Shown here one piece after another: positions 37,417 to 50,705 of a DNA stretch of 64,000 nt (its first letter is position 1; each line of letters starts with the position of its first letter). A program made the translations under genes and the position numbers. The DNA is from Podarcis vaucheri. Taxonomy: Eukaryota. Under the pieces are notes generated by a model that was given only the letters and a program-made list of their open reading frames with translations, had not been told where the DNA came from and searched no databases. The DNA lies in the NCBI GenBank assembly GCA_965113315.1, contig OZ220371.1. The stretch is one strand, 5' to 3'.

Positions 37417-40400
37417 CTGGATGTAGGTAAGATGTCTAGGACAGTATTCACTGTCAGGAGCTCGTCCTACACTTGAGTAGGACCCTGGTAGAGACACATG
37501 CCCGACTGGCATGTTCTCTCCCTCCTGGTCGATGGTTCGGGAGCTTCAAAACCTTTCTTCAGCCTGAACATCACAGCGACCGATGCCAACAGACATCGGC
37601 ACACTTAGGGATCTGCAGAGTCTTCACAGCTTGTGTTGCAGACCTCAGCAACTCAGCATTTGGGCTAATCTACTTTATTTACATATAAACTCACATGGAG
37701 CACTGCAACATGGCTCCCTCTCTCTCCAGCATCAGATAGCCAAAAGAAAAAGAACAAAGGACAATAGTCCCACTTTGCGGAACACAGTAACACAAACATC
37801 CTGTCTCCATCACTTCCCACTCTGTGGAGTCAAAACTTACACCGCCATGTGATAGACAACAATACTATGACTGCAATCACGGAGCAGGAATTCTAACATT
37901 CACATTGAACCATACTGCATCAAATCATTCCAGTTTCCAAAGGGGCACAAGTTGTATGTCAAATGTAGCCTTTTGGCATTTTGGCATGCCACACTGAAAG
38001 TCAGAATGAAATGCTACACACAACTGCAGGTGACAAAACTGAGATAGCTGGTTTTGTAAAGGGGTGTGCGGAATTCTTAAGAAAGAGGTTGCTTTGGAAT
38101 GAGAAAACAATATTCTGAATTATTATTTTTTGAAAATCAATAAAATTTAATTGGCAAAAATAAATAAATATGTGGAGTGCTGTTTAACCCTTTCACTCTC
38201 CAGCAACATTTCCACTTCAAAATGTGTATTTGTCTTTCAATGCTTCAGTCATTTAGTCCTACCTATGGGCAGTGCAAGGGGAAAAAATGTCCAGAATTCA
38301 AGCTTACCTGCCTAACAGGGCTGACAATTTATATGCACCCAAACAACTCAATTGCTTCTGCTGCATTTTTGTGTACTATGGCCTAGCGCTGAATTATTCA
38401 TATGCCATTATTTGTGAACTGCTCCTTTTCCAGTCTGTCGGTTATTGAAGCCCAGAAGCATCAACAAACAGCCAAAGGAATAGCAATCATAGGTGAAAGG
38501 TGGTGGCTGCAGATAGAGATCTATGTCTGAAATTAAAGAAGGCCATAGGCTGTGCTTAGACTGGGTTAGGATATCCAACAAGATAACTCCTAAACGGCAC
38601 AGGCACCATGCACATTATTACAAGATGCAAACTGATGGATTCAGAAGAATTTCCCCATACTAGTTTTGCATTCACAATCCCTAAAATGGATTAGATTCTC
38701 CATTTCACCCATAAACATGTATTAAAAATCAACTGTGTAGTTAAAGGACAAGAAGGGGTCATTAATCATTATTAAGTAGTAGTAAGAGTCATTGTTGTAG
38801 TCACTGTTGTCATAATAGTTCCTGTTTCTTGGTGTTCAAAGTGATTCATACAGTAGCCCTGTATGAGAGACCAGTATTAGCCCTGCATTATCAGTATGGA
38901 GCTTGGGATCAGAAATATTAGCTTTGACTATTCAGTGCACTCATAGTCGAGCTGAGATTCGGAGCAAGGACTTTCCAGTGAGTCTATCATGCAAAGAACA
39001 TAAAAAGTTGCCACAGATTATTCAGCTGGATAAATAAGGATAGTGCTTTCTCAAAGAGTGTACCCCAATTTGTGCTCATACTAAATGCGATGGCGTATTA
39101 CATAGCATGCACACATACATAAACAAGTTAGGCATGCTGGTGAATCCCAATGGAAACAGAAATTGTTGATCTTTGCTTATTTGTCTCGTGTCTGGAATGG
39201 AAATCAATCCAATAAATATGATCAGTTTTTGCTGCTGTTGCTGCATTTAGTCTGCAAATGATATGTAGTTGATTATGTCTTTCCTCCCGCCCCATTTTAT
39301 TGTGGTAGAATAAAGCAATGGCAACTTAAATTATGTAGATTATGGAATTTTACAATAGTGGACAGTGAAACAAGTTACATAGTTTTGTGCAGCGGAATGG
39401 GAACAGCGTTGCATATGAAGAATATTGGGTGAAAAGGGCATCAATGCATTCTTACAAACACATATGCACCCTGAACTTTTTTGATCTGCCCCTTGTTTCC
39501 CAGTGTTGGCTTGACTACTGACTTCTATAAAATCTAAGGAGTAGGTAGAACTTTGTCAAAGCCAAGATGATCTTACATCTTCAGAGAAAGTGTGGAGTAA
39601 CAGTTGCCTCTGTTTTTGTGCCCTTCAAGTAAGAAAAGTCCCATATGTTTATTGTACTTCTTTAATCTGCCTTAATATCAGATTGCTCTGCTTTTAAAAT
39701 ATCTCAACGTATTAATAATCTTGATACTAGCTTGATGTTTTGGACTACAATTCCCATGAGCCCAAAGCAGAATATTCAATGGTCAGAGATTATAGGATTT
39801 GTAGTTTAAAAAATCTGGAGAGTATCAGTTTGGGGGAGGTTGCTGCCCTACTTGAATCTTTAAGTACATCTGTTTCTTTATGTCTTTGTTTCTTTTAATT
39901 AGAAGAGTTGTATATACTGCTTTTTGCTTACGATAACAAAGAGACTTGTAAATGCTGAACTTGTATTACGAATTTTGCACTTCTGGGTTTTTGTTTTGTT
40001 TTTAGAGAAGGAAGATGCTGCTACCACCAGGAATGATGAGCTGTGATCATTAGGAAGTGCTTTCATGCACAGCTGTTAAATGTTCTAGAAAATGTGGCAT
40101 GACACTTCTCACGAATGGAGACTCGAAACTGGGTGGAGGCTTTTAAATGAAACTTCAGTGCTTATCGGAATAATGAAAGAGCTGCCAAAAAAAGGTCTGA
40201 ACTGAGAGAATAGTTTATTGACAGCTGATGTAATATCATGGCTGAGAGACTCTTATCTTTGTACAGTAGGCTGCTTTCTGCATAGACCCCTCTCTACCCT
40301 CCATCTAGGCAAGCAGGGTTCAAGAACACATCGCTGCTGGGCAGAAGCATTCAAGGGAAGTGCAAAGCAGGGCTACTGAGGATTGGCAATCTGGGGAGAG

Positions 40401-40717
40401 TAGGCATGACTGGGGGAGGCCCAAGGGCCAGGTAGAGAGACATAGAGGGACATTTGGCCACTGTGCCCCACCTGTGCTTTAGATTGCTGTATAAATGCTA
40501 ACTTATTCTACCTGCACCATGGGGCAAAACTGCACAGCTGTCCTTTCTTGTTCCCTCATGTAAAAGTGACTTTTAAAACCTTAGAATTAAAACTTAAGTT
40601 AATTTTTAATTTAGGCTCACCTTTTTCCTTTCTTTGAGAAAATGTAAAAATAGACATTTATGAAATATTCTGGGAGGAAAACATTAACTGATTAAGGCTG
40701 GAATCCTCCCCCTATTT

Positions 40718-40762
40718 ATATATATATATATATATATAGTGTGTGTGTGTGTGTGTGTGTGT
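40718..40762. repeat. (TA)n(GT)n microsatellite
   Basis: Directly visible. Confidence 0.95.
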
Positions 40763-41095
40763 ATGAGAAATCCCCAAGAAATACAGTGAGACTATTTTCT
40801 GAGTAAAAATGAATGAGATCCATCTGCCTGACAATTTTGTCTTCTCTTTTTATTTTCAGTGGCTGACTGTAAAGGCCAAATATCTGGCAGGCTTGCTCTG
40901 AAAAACCTCTAGATGAGTTTATGTAAGGCAGTTTTATCCCAGTGATTCACTTTGGCTGCCATGGGACATATCTGCAGTGTGTGCCAGACCTGCTAAAGCA
41001 ACACAGATCAAGACAGTCCTGAAAACCTAACTGAATGTGTGTATGTGAGAGAGATGGGGGTGGGGATCAGCCCTATGAATGCATTATTCGCATGC

Positions 41096-41337
41096 AGAGA
41101 AGAAGAAGAAGAGTTTGGATTTGATATCCCGCTTTATCACTACCCGAAGGAGTCTCAAAGCAGCTAACAATCTCCTTTTCCCTTCCTCCCCCACAACAAA
41201 CACTCTATGAGGTGAGTGGGGCTGAGAGACTTCAAAGAAGTGTGACTGGCCCAAGGTCACCCAGCAGCTGCATGTGGAGGAGCGGAGACATGAACCCAGT
41301 TCCCCAGATTACGAGTCTATCGCTCTTAACCACTACA
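41096..41337 (-). mobile_element. Squam3-like SINE, slightly 5'-truncated
   Basis: Highly similar to the 18625 copy; (CTT)n tail. Confidence 0.9.
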
Positions 41338-41579
41338 GCGCAATGGCAAGTTGTTGGGAAGTGGCTCTAGGCTTTCAGCCCCACCCCAAATCACACATGC
41401 TTCCTTACTGCCTGTTGTCTGTAAGGAAACCTTAGCCCTCCTGCTCATGTGATAGGGCCTTCCTGCAGCTGTGACACTGGTTGCGCTAAGTTCTTGCACA
41501 GAAGCAGGAGCTCAAATGCTGAGTTTTCCTTACAAACAACTGCATGCAACATACTGCTGTTCCAAGAAGCACATGTGAT

Positions 41580-41743
41580 GTCAGGGATGAGGGTTCTTTG
41601 TCCCCCCCATAAAATATTTGAGAGGGCTGCCCCCCCAAGCTGATGGGCACTGCCGTTCAAATGGGGTGTGTGACCATGTCATGTGATTATGTAGGGTGGG
41701 GCTTATCTGCCCCCCAATATTTTATTCACTTGGTCATTCCCCT
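41580..41743 (+). mobile_element. hAT MITE, family B (degenerate)
   Basis: AAAATATTTGAG, GTTCAAATGG and CCCCCAATATTTTATTCA shared with 8484/8858. Confidence 0.65.
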
Positions 41744-41747
41744 TGTA

Positions 41748-41977
41748 CAGTGGTACCTCTAGTTACGAACTTAATTGGTTCTGGAGGTCCCTCCTTAACC
41801 TGAAACTGTTCTTAACTAGAGATGTGCTTTCGCTAATGGGGCCTCTTGCTGTCGCTGCGCCGCTGGCACACAATTTCCATTCTCATCCTGGGGCAAAGTT
41901 CTCAACTCGAGGTAACTCTTCCAGGTTAGCAGAGTTTGTAACGTAACCTGAGGTGTTTGTAACTTGAGGTGCCAGTG
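41748..41977 (-). mobile_element. pogo/Tigger-like MITE, family A variant
   Basis: CAGTGGTACCTC start, degenerate right TIR, TA flanks. Confidence 0.85.
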
Positions 41978-42012
41978 TATAGGAGAAACGCATGCATAGG
42001 AGTATCACTTGA

Positions 42013-42550
42013 AGACACTTGAAGAGTATGCTCTGGTCAGACCTCACCTGGAGTACTGTGTCCAGTTCTGGGCACCACAGTTCAAGAAGCACACTGACAA
42101 ACTGGAACGTGTCCAGAGGAGGGCAACCAAAATGGTCAAAGGCCTGGAAACGATGCCTTATGAGGAACGGCTAAGGGAGCTGGGCATGTTTAGCCTGGAG
42201 AAGAGGAGGTTAAGGGGTGATATGATAGCCATGTTTAAATATATAAAAGGATGTCATATGGAGGAGGGAGAAAGGTTGTTTTCTGCTGCTCCGGAGAAGC
42301 GGACACGGAGCAATGGATCCAAACTACAAGAAAGAAGATTCCACCTAAACATTAGGAAGAACTTCCTGACAGTAAGAGCTGTTCGACAGTGGAATTTGCT
42401 GCCAAGGAGTGTGGTGGAGTCTCCTTCTTTGGAGGTCTTTAAGCAGAGGCTTGACAACCATATGTCAGGAGTGCTCTGGTGATGTTTCCTGCTTGGCAGG
42501 GGGTTGGACTCGATGGCCCTTGTGGTCTATTCCAACTCTATGATTCTATG
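42013..42550 (+). mobile_element. Young 5'-truncated CR1 LINE (ORF2 C-terminus open)
   Basis: [16 protein letters not shown]...[11 protein letters not shown]...LEKRRLRGD...[22 protein letters not shown]; (TTCTATGA)n tail; TSD ATCACTTGA at 42004-42012 and 42551-42559. Confidence 0.96.
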
Positions 42551-43499
42551 ATCACTTGAGCTACCTCTCCGATCCTGGCTTTGAGCAGCAAGGTGAGACA
42601 ACATGAAAACCTTTTCTGCACCAACTGTTACAGACGACAAGATTGTCACTTGAGGTTGGAGGCATCAAAGAATAAACGTGCATTTGAAAACTTACCCTTA
42701 CACCCTGTTTGCATTCATTTATAGGCCTGCTGTGCTTTTGTAATGAAGCATAATATCATGGCTGTCTTAGCACTGGCCGAGGCAATCTGCGAACGACTTG
42801 TTACCTGTGATGCAGCAGAGCTCAGAACCAATTCAAAGCTAAAAGTGAAGGATCACTTATTAGAAAAGATCCCACAGCAGGGGCTTGTTAACAAGACAGA
42901 TTTGGGGATGCTGGGGGGTTCAACATTAAGACTAACAACACCTCCACAGATGCTCTACTTGAGATGATCAATCAATTATTGCTTTGCCACATGAGAAAGC
43001 TGTTTCTGTCCTTTTAATGAGATGCCAATGATAGCACTCAAAATACAAAATCATAGGATCCATGTCAAGTTTCAAAAAGAAAATAGTACTATCATTCTGG
43101 TTACAAAAAAGAGAAGAGCTGTTTACACAAAGAGAGAAGTTTATTCAGAAAGCAAAACTTGCCACCTAAACTTCTGTGCAACAAGTAAACTCTTTAAGCT
43201 TAGCATATGTGTTGTATGGAAGCACCAGCACCATTGTTTGCTAGGAATTTGGAACAGTGAACAGGTGGCTAAATTCTATAAACGTTTCTTAAATCCCAGC
43301 CATGATTGTAAGGGACAGGAAAAGCAGAGACCCATTGCATGACATTATTAGTTTTATATTGCTATAATCCACAATGGTATTTGGAGAGAGAAGAGAAGAT
43401 GGAACATTCAGGTCATATTTCAATGTGGATTGGGAACTTATGAGGCTTCCTGACTATTCAGAAGTAAGCCCACTGAGTTCAATGGGACTTACTCTGAGG

Positions 43500-43909
43500 T
43501 AGAGATGGGTGACTGTGTCATGTTTGGTTTCTCACTTTTCCAATCTTAAATTCAGCACTCCACATTTCCACATCAGTTTGTGATTTTAAAGCCCTCTTGA
43601 CAATTCATCAGCATGCTAGAGTGAATTTCTCCTGATATACACATTCTTGCAGATTATTTTCCCCTTATATAATGCACTTTTATGTTCTTTTGTCTAATAT
43701 ATGTCAAAAATATGGACACTTTAACCTACCATATGCATTTTTGTTCACATTACCGGTACTTTGTTGAGAGTTCCACTGCAAAATTCAGAGAATTGAAAAT
43801 TTCGAAGAATGGCTATGTTTCAGCTCATGTATTGTTTCAGAAAGTGTGATTTATTTATTTTTGAATTAGATCGGTTTGCAGACTGAATTATATTTATTCT
43901 CCATCCCCA
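43500..43909 (-). mobile_element. Old hAT-Ac-like element, family E
   Basis: TAGAGATG...CATCCCCA ends; homologous to 54067 and 27585. Confidence 0.6.
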
Positions 43910-44100
43910 CTTCTACATCACTGTGTATAGGCTATAACACACCTATTCAAGTTTAACTTCTATTGAACTGGATGTGGCTTACATCCGAGTAGACTTGAAA
44001 AAGATCGAGCTGTAAATGGATAAGGAAGTTCATCATCAGTGAGCAGACAGTAATCAGCCTGGCATTTTAAGGACTGAACCTATGTTTTCTCATCCTAAGT

Positions 44101-44236
44101 CAGGCACCCCAAACCTTCGGCCCTCCCGATGTTTTGGACTACAATTGCCATCATCCCTGACCACTGGTCCTGTTAGCTAGGGATCATGGGAGTTGTAGGT
44201 GAAAACTTCTGGAGGGCTGCAGGTTGGGCATGCCTG
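44101..44236. mobile_element. hAT MITE, family C (palindromic)
   Basis: TIRs CAGGCACCCCAAACC / GGTTGGGCATGCCTG; TSD tcctaagt/ttgtaagt. Confidence 0.85.
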
Positions 44237-44940
44237 TTGTAAGTCTTCAGATACTGAGGCAGTGATTAGAAAACTCTTTGTTGCGTGGCTTTTTAAAATA
44301 AAATAAAATACATAATTATACTCAGACCAGACCATTTCTGCTCCAAAACTAAGTACTTTCTCAATACAACATAAAATTATTTTGTTCCTTGAAAATAATA
44401 AGTAATCAAAAGACGAAGAAAAAACTCCTAGTTACTCATTAAATCCTCATTCTAATTATCACAAATAAAACAGATCTCTCTCATTATGTTTAAGATTGCA
44501 TATTAGTCCAACCATCTGGTTCATGTGTTGCTAATCTGAAATCATGTTGTTGTTCAGCAAGTTCCCAGGCATCACACAAAGAACCCACAAAACCACTGTA
44601 ATATCATTCCACTCTGACCAAAATCTTCAAGGCTTTTGCCTTGACCTAACATGAACCCTGAGAGGTTCCCACTAAAAATCCAAATGCTTCACAAACCCTG
44701 GAATACATGAAACCTTAATCCATATGGGTATAATGCTTGCTATAATTCTGTAAACATCAATTTAAAATAATCCACTGTAACCATGTTATCTGATCTGCTA
44801 CCATGTTTAAGTATAGTGATTATTTGTGAGGGAAATTCAGATTCACATCTCCCCCCCCCTCAGTTGTCAATCACAGTAGGTAGTCTTGGGCAAATTGAGG
44901 GAGAACTTCATTTTCAATAAACTCAAATGATTCTGTAAAA

Positions 44941-45072
44941 CAGGGATGAAGAACCTATAACCCTTTGGATGTTGTTGGACCACAGCTCCCATCATCCCTA
45001 ACCACTGGCTGTGGTGGCTAGTGCTATTAGGAGTGGATTCCAATAACATCTGAAGGGCTATCTCTGTCCCTG
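44941..45072. mobile_element. hAT MITE, family C
   Basis: CAGGGA...TCCCTG ends; TSD ctgtaaaa/ctgtagaa. Confidence 0.75.
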
Positions 45073-45127
45073 CTGTAGAAGATTCATCCTAAATTTCCTC
45101 TTATAGCTTTATTATTCTTCATTGTGA

Positions 45128-45129
<2 letters not shown>

Positions 45130-45167
<38 letters not shown>
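45130..45167. repeat. (AC)n microsatellite
   Basis: Directly visible. Confidence 0.98.
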
Positions 45168-45169
<2 letters not shown>

Positions 45170-47917
45170 GTTTGGGAGTGAACATCCAAACCCATAAGTC
45201 AAATGAGTCATATTGAAAGGGGTGTCTTAAGGATCAGGACAGGTCATTTCGGAAGATAAACCAGCATGAAAGATGCTGTTCACCAATTATTAAAAAACAA
45301 CAACATTGAAATATTGTAATCCAGTGTAGTGCTAAAACAAACATTCTCTCCACTTGTCTGAAGAATGACTACTCCCCGTATTAACTGGGGGACAGTTTTT
45401 GCATGGTGGTGCGCAGCCCCCCCCCGAGATTACTAGACCCCTGGCAAGGTAGCTGGTTTTGCCGCCCCCCCCCCCGAGCTGGATACATGGAGGTTCCCGC
45501 CTAGCCTAATCAATTAGCCAATCTTGGCTGGGGGGGGGCGTTGCCAAGGGAACTGACCAGTGGAGGCGGATGGGGGGAGGAGAGGGTCCTGCTAGCAAAA
45601 CTACGGAGTTGAATCTAGACGACTGAGACCCCGAAAAAGAGAGTTATCTGGAAGCATTTTACCTTTGGCTGTTTAACCTATGAATAACATGTCACTTAAT
45701 GATGAAAGGATCTGTTGATCACAGGGAAACCCCTTTGTACGGTGCTTTTATGATTAAATACTCTGCAAAACTCTTTGCATCCGATAAAATAGTGTTCTCC
45801 CTGCTGCTCTGCCTTGTCAGTGATTATATATGACACAATATACTCATGATTCATTTAGCTGAGCGTTCTCATTATTCTTGATGTATGTGTCATTCACTGA
45901 CTTCCTTTCCCTAGATTACAACTGAGCCTTGCTTGAGTTTATTTTTTTGCCATATGGTGAGAGGAATGCATAGATTTCCTTCTCCCTGGTTCTTTTTCAA
46001 GGGAAACATCCACTAAATAATTTGGTTAGTCAGCACAAAAGCAAAATTGAGAAAGATGGGAGCAATCCATTAAGCACCTGCTGTTGGCCTCAAGGATCAA
46101 GAAAGTACTTTGTGCCATATACAGTGAGAAACCCCTGAGATATGTACGCCTGAACATGTACAAGCTCCCTTCATCAGAAAGGCCAGATCGCCATGTCTGT
46201 GTGGTATTTCAGATCATGGTTTTCGAACACAGCCACCGAAGTCCTGTGCAGTGCAATCTCAAACAGTTTTACTCGGGTAGGAAATCCCACTCCCTGGTAT
46301 ATGGATTTAGAAATCTAGACTTTTAGTGTTGCTGCTGAACTTGTGTGGCTGTCACACAAGACTATTTGCTGTATGTGAAGAATGGCCTCATGTGAAGAAT
46401 GGCCTTCAGTGTACCTTTGGAGCACCTGGTGTGGTCAGTTGTTACAGTCAGGATATTGGATTAGGTGAACTATTGGATTAGTCTAATTGAAAGAGTGGTT
46501 CATGTGAACTTTTTACAATAGCAACAATGGATTCCTAAAACATTTCCATTTGTCTGTCACAAAAACACTCTCTATAAATAGGATTGACCTCACTGGAAAG
46601 TTAAAGACTGTAGGCCAAATGTTTTACTTGTGCTTATGGCCAACTGAGAATAGAACTAAATAGAATGAAGAACTGGAGCACCGTCATAAGATCAGGGATG
46701 AAATTAATGGAGAGAAAGGAATTTTGTGTTTTCATTGTTTAACATTATTGGTTATATGACTGTTCTTGTTGCAAATATTCTAGTTTAGGGTTAGAATTTG
46801 TTCTAGAGAAATGATGGCTACCTACCATGGGAATTTTATTAAAAGCAAACGCTTGATGTTCTTGATTAAATGAATGGATAGATGACTCTTTCCATAGATA
46901 TAACAGTGCAATGGGAAACAAATAAGGATGTATCTAAGTAACTGTGATTATTATTATTTGTTTAGTCAACTTACGGACTGCTTCCTGTTGTTGTTATTGT
47001 TGGCATTCATCTGTCTTGAGAGACAATGGAGTGTGCCTCTGGGAGGAAGTCAAAATGCTGTGTTAGCAGCACTGAAGTAACCTCTGCAGGGTGCAAGCTA
47101 TATATAACAAATAACCAGCAGATGAAAGAATCAAAAATACTAAGAATAGTACAGAACAAACAGTAGTTCAGCTGTGCAACCCAGCAATCAACAACCAGGA
47201 AATGCCTAGACAAAAAGGTACGCTTCCAGTATTTTAAACACACTATAGATAGAGCCTCTCAAATTTGGGGTGGGGGAAAATGTTCCAGAGATCAGGTGCC
47301 ACCATAGAGAAGGTTTTGAATTAATTTTTGAAGGCTTGTTTCAGCGCTGAAGTGCAATGTGTGCTGTGGGATAACAGTGTTATCAGAATTCTGTGCTACT
47401 AATAGGGAGAATTGGAACAAGTGCTTCAGGCTGCAATCCCATACACACTTTCATAGCAGTATTTCCCATTGAACTGAATATGGCCTACACCTCAAGGGAC
47501 ATGGATGAGATTGCACCCTCAGTGAGCTAAGATTAGGTGTAGTGTTTGTTGCTTTGTTACACACAGAGACATGCAAAAGTAGTAAACTTGAGCAGCAGTA
47601 CCAATTGTAGCCATTTTGTGATCCTAACTGGTATTTAACTCCAAGAGCTTTCAAGGACACACAATATAAAGCCATTACTTGCAATAAATGTAAGACATTT
47701 CTCTCTTTTTATTCAAGAGACCCACTGCAGAACAAGAAACTTGTGTTTGAACAGATGTGGTTTTAGATGTCTTTAGTCTGCAAATGGCTATGTCTTTTAT
47801 TTGTGTTAACAAAATCAAACTTCAATTTACACCCTTCTTGCCATAAAGCACAGGTTGAAATTAGGGAGATGTTTGAGAGGTGGGAGTATCAGCAATATTT
47901 CTTCAAAAGAAGGTGGA

Positions 47918-49108
47918 GTTCTTAACAGTTAAAAGCGGAACTAGGAGTGTCAAGTGGAATAAAGATTGAGGAAAAAATTAAATACTTTGGTGTATGGCTG
48001 ATAGCTAAGAACCCCAATATATTCCAAGATAATTATGTCATAGTATGGAAAAAGCTTAGAAAGAACTTGAAAATATGGGGAAGGGTGAAATTATCACTAC
48101 TGGGTAGAATGTCAGCCGTAAAGATGTGGCTTTCACCTATAGAAACAATTTCCCAGAAGAAATTGAACATGCAATAATATACAGAGACCTGTTAGATTTT
48201 ACAGAAAAATATGTAAAACTGAAAAAGTTTGATGATATTAGAAATTGGGTAACGAGCTGGTTGCATTACAACCACCTGAATGAAATGTTCACATGTGATA
48301 AAAAGTGTTGCTTTGATGAGCAAAGTTCTCAATTTGAAATCAAACTAATAAAAAATAGAGTAATAGTGATATCAAGGATGTATAAGTTATTGTTAGAATG
48401 GCAAACCAAAGATGAAATGGTTAAATCTACTGTGGTCCATTGGGCTAGGCATGTGGGACACAACATTAGAATCACTGGAAAAGTTGTGGAAATTCGGGTT
48501 GAAATTCACAGTATGTCATACCTTGAGGGAGAATTTTATGAAAATGATATATAGATGGTACCTAACACCAAGTAAATTATCCAAACTGTATAAATCAACT
48601 TCAAATCTTTGTTGGAAATGTAAAGAAGTAGAAGACTCATGTTACAAATGAGTAACAAAGTAGCTAAGGACTTTTGGGAGTTGATTTATAATGAGTTGAA
48701 AAAGATATTTAAGGCAACTTTCCCCAAAAGACCAGAAGCATTTTTACTAGGGATAACTGAAGCAGAAATCCCCCCCAAACAGATGAATCTATGTCTTTAC
48801 ACAACCACGGCAGCACAAATATTATACACACAAAAATGGTGTGTTGAGGTGGTACCTACCCAAGAAGAATGGCTGCTGAAATAGGATTTGAGTGAGAACA
48901 GCAGTGTGGGTGATTTTTTGTATTTATTGTGAGAAAGGTAAAGGTATAGAATAGAGTAACTATAATATGCAACATAAATTGAAAATTTGAGGGAACCATG
49001 GAGGGGAGGGAGGAGAAGTTGTAGGAGGAATGATTGCTTTCTAAATTTGAAATGTTGTCAAACTGTTTATTAGTTGAAAAATTATAAATAAAATTATTTT
49101 TAAAATAA
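47918..49108 (+). mobile_element. 5'-truncated, degenerate L1-clade LINE
   Basis: IKYFGVWL...KLSLLGRMSAVKM and RENFMKMIYRWYLTPSKL...CWKC (zinc knuckle); AATAAA; 13-bp TSD AAAAGAAGGTGGA at 47905-47917 and 49109-49121. Confidence 0.92.
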
Positions 49109-49201
49109 AAAAGAAGGTGGACTGTTATCCAGAACTGGCCCAAAATTATGTAGGACTGCAACATAACATGCTGTGGGCTCTCAAGCCACAAAAATGGTGG
49201 T

Positions 49202-49277
49202 CTGCATTGCAGGGGATTAAACTAGATGACCCTGGTGGTCCCTCCCAACTTTACAATTTATGATTCTGTGATTCTAA
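49202..49277 (+). mobile_element. CR1 extreme 3' tail
   Basis: GCAGGGG...CTAGATGACCC...GGTCCCTCCCAACT...ATGATTCTGTGATTCTA. Confidence 0.75.
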
Positions 49278-50429
49278 GAGTGACCAGTTCTGTGGGCACT
49301 TGAGACTCATAGGGAAAACAGGCACTGCCCAGTCCCCAGTCTGAGTCAAGCAGAGAGAATACAGGACCTTGGACAGCTCCAGAGGGCTATGCTAAGGCAG
49401 CCACAAGTTACCTTGTCTCTGTGGGCAGCTAGAGCTCACTGAAACCTTGTGTAGGCTGGTCAGGACTGAAGTATGCCAGCCTCCCTGGAAAAGCTCGCTA
49501 GGTTCCTTGTTGTTATTGTTATGAGCTCACACCTCAGCTGAGGATATGAGTAATATAATAATAGTATCTTCTTATAAATGTGAAGTGAGTCACCAATAGA
49601 CCAGCAGCGCTGGATCGATAGGAGCTTCACAAGAAATGCAATCTTTGGTTGTAAATTATATTTCACTAAAATCGGGAAATGAAATAGATTTGAGTGTTCA
49701 ATTATATGAAAATATTTATGAAAGCATGGGGCGAGGGGGAAGCACAGAACAGTGAGTCCTCCACCACATTTGAAGCCCAGCTCTTTCATAAGGTGGGTTT
49801 TCACTATAAATGCACACACACACACACACACACAAGCATACATATGTACGGCTGCACCCCTGCTTGCTCCACTAGCCAACTCCCCAAATTAATCCTATGC
49901 AGCTTTCTCTCCCCACCCCATGCAACCACTAAACTCACTTTTCACCTTCCCAACCCCATTTCTGAAGCCGCTTCTTTATTATAATCTGCAGCCCCACTTT
50001 GCATCCATTTTTACTTTCATCCGCATGCATCTTACTTTTGTGCATCCCCTCTGCACACAAACAACCCCCATGGTAACTTCCTGCATCTTCCTTCTCCCGT
50101 ACATTGTGTCTCCTCCATGCTGCTCCCCCCCTAATTTCTGCTGTTTTGCAAAACCTCAATTTTCCTATGTGTCCATCCCTGCTTTATTCAAACTTCTGCT
50201 GTCATTTAAAACTACACCTTTCCTCTGCTGTTGTGCAACCTGGCTTCTCTCTCAGTGGCGTAGCGTGGGTTCTCAGCACCCGGGGCAAGGCAAGTAATTT
50301 GCGCCCCCTAACCCATGGATTTTAGCACTCGAGTCTCTTCCGCCCCCCCCCAGATGTTGCGCCAGGTGCGGCAGGCCCCCCCTGCACCCCCCATGCTACG
50401 CCACTGCTCCCACCACAAGTCTTCAGGAC

Positions 50430-50700
50430 AGCCATCCGAAGGCTGGCGCGGGGAGAAGGTCTCTCCGCCCCACCGCCAGGCTTCGGAGCAGCCTTCCGAA
50501 GGCTGCCAGTGGGGCGGAGAGAAGCCTGGCGGCGGGAGGAGGTCTCTCTGCCCCACCGCCAGCCTTCGGAGCAGCCTTACGAAGGCTGGCGGCGGGAGGA
50601 GGTCTCTCCACTCCACCGCCAGGCTTCGGAGGAGCCTTCCGAAGGCTGGCGGTGGGGTGGAGAGACCTCCTCCCGCCGCCAGGCTTCGGAGCAGCCTTTC
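50430..50700. repeat. GC-rich minisatellite of ~60-bp hairpin units
   Basis: CCGAAGGCTGGCGG...CCGCCAG(G/C)CTTCGG units, 4-5 copies. Confidence 0.9.
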
Positions 50701-50705
50701 GCTTA

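Noticed and set aside
36609-37430. 273-aa ORF
   Set aside because: Chance read-through of CR1, antisense SINE and (GT)n.
50430-50700. CRISPR-like palindromic repeats
   Set aside because: The inter-arm cores are related to one another rather than unique spacers, there are no cas genes, and the context is a vertebrate TE.
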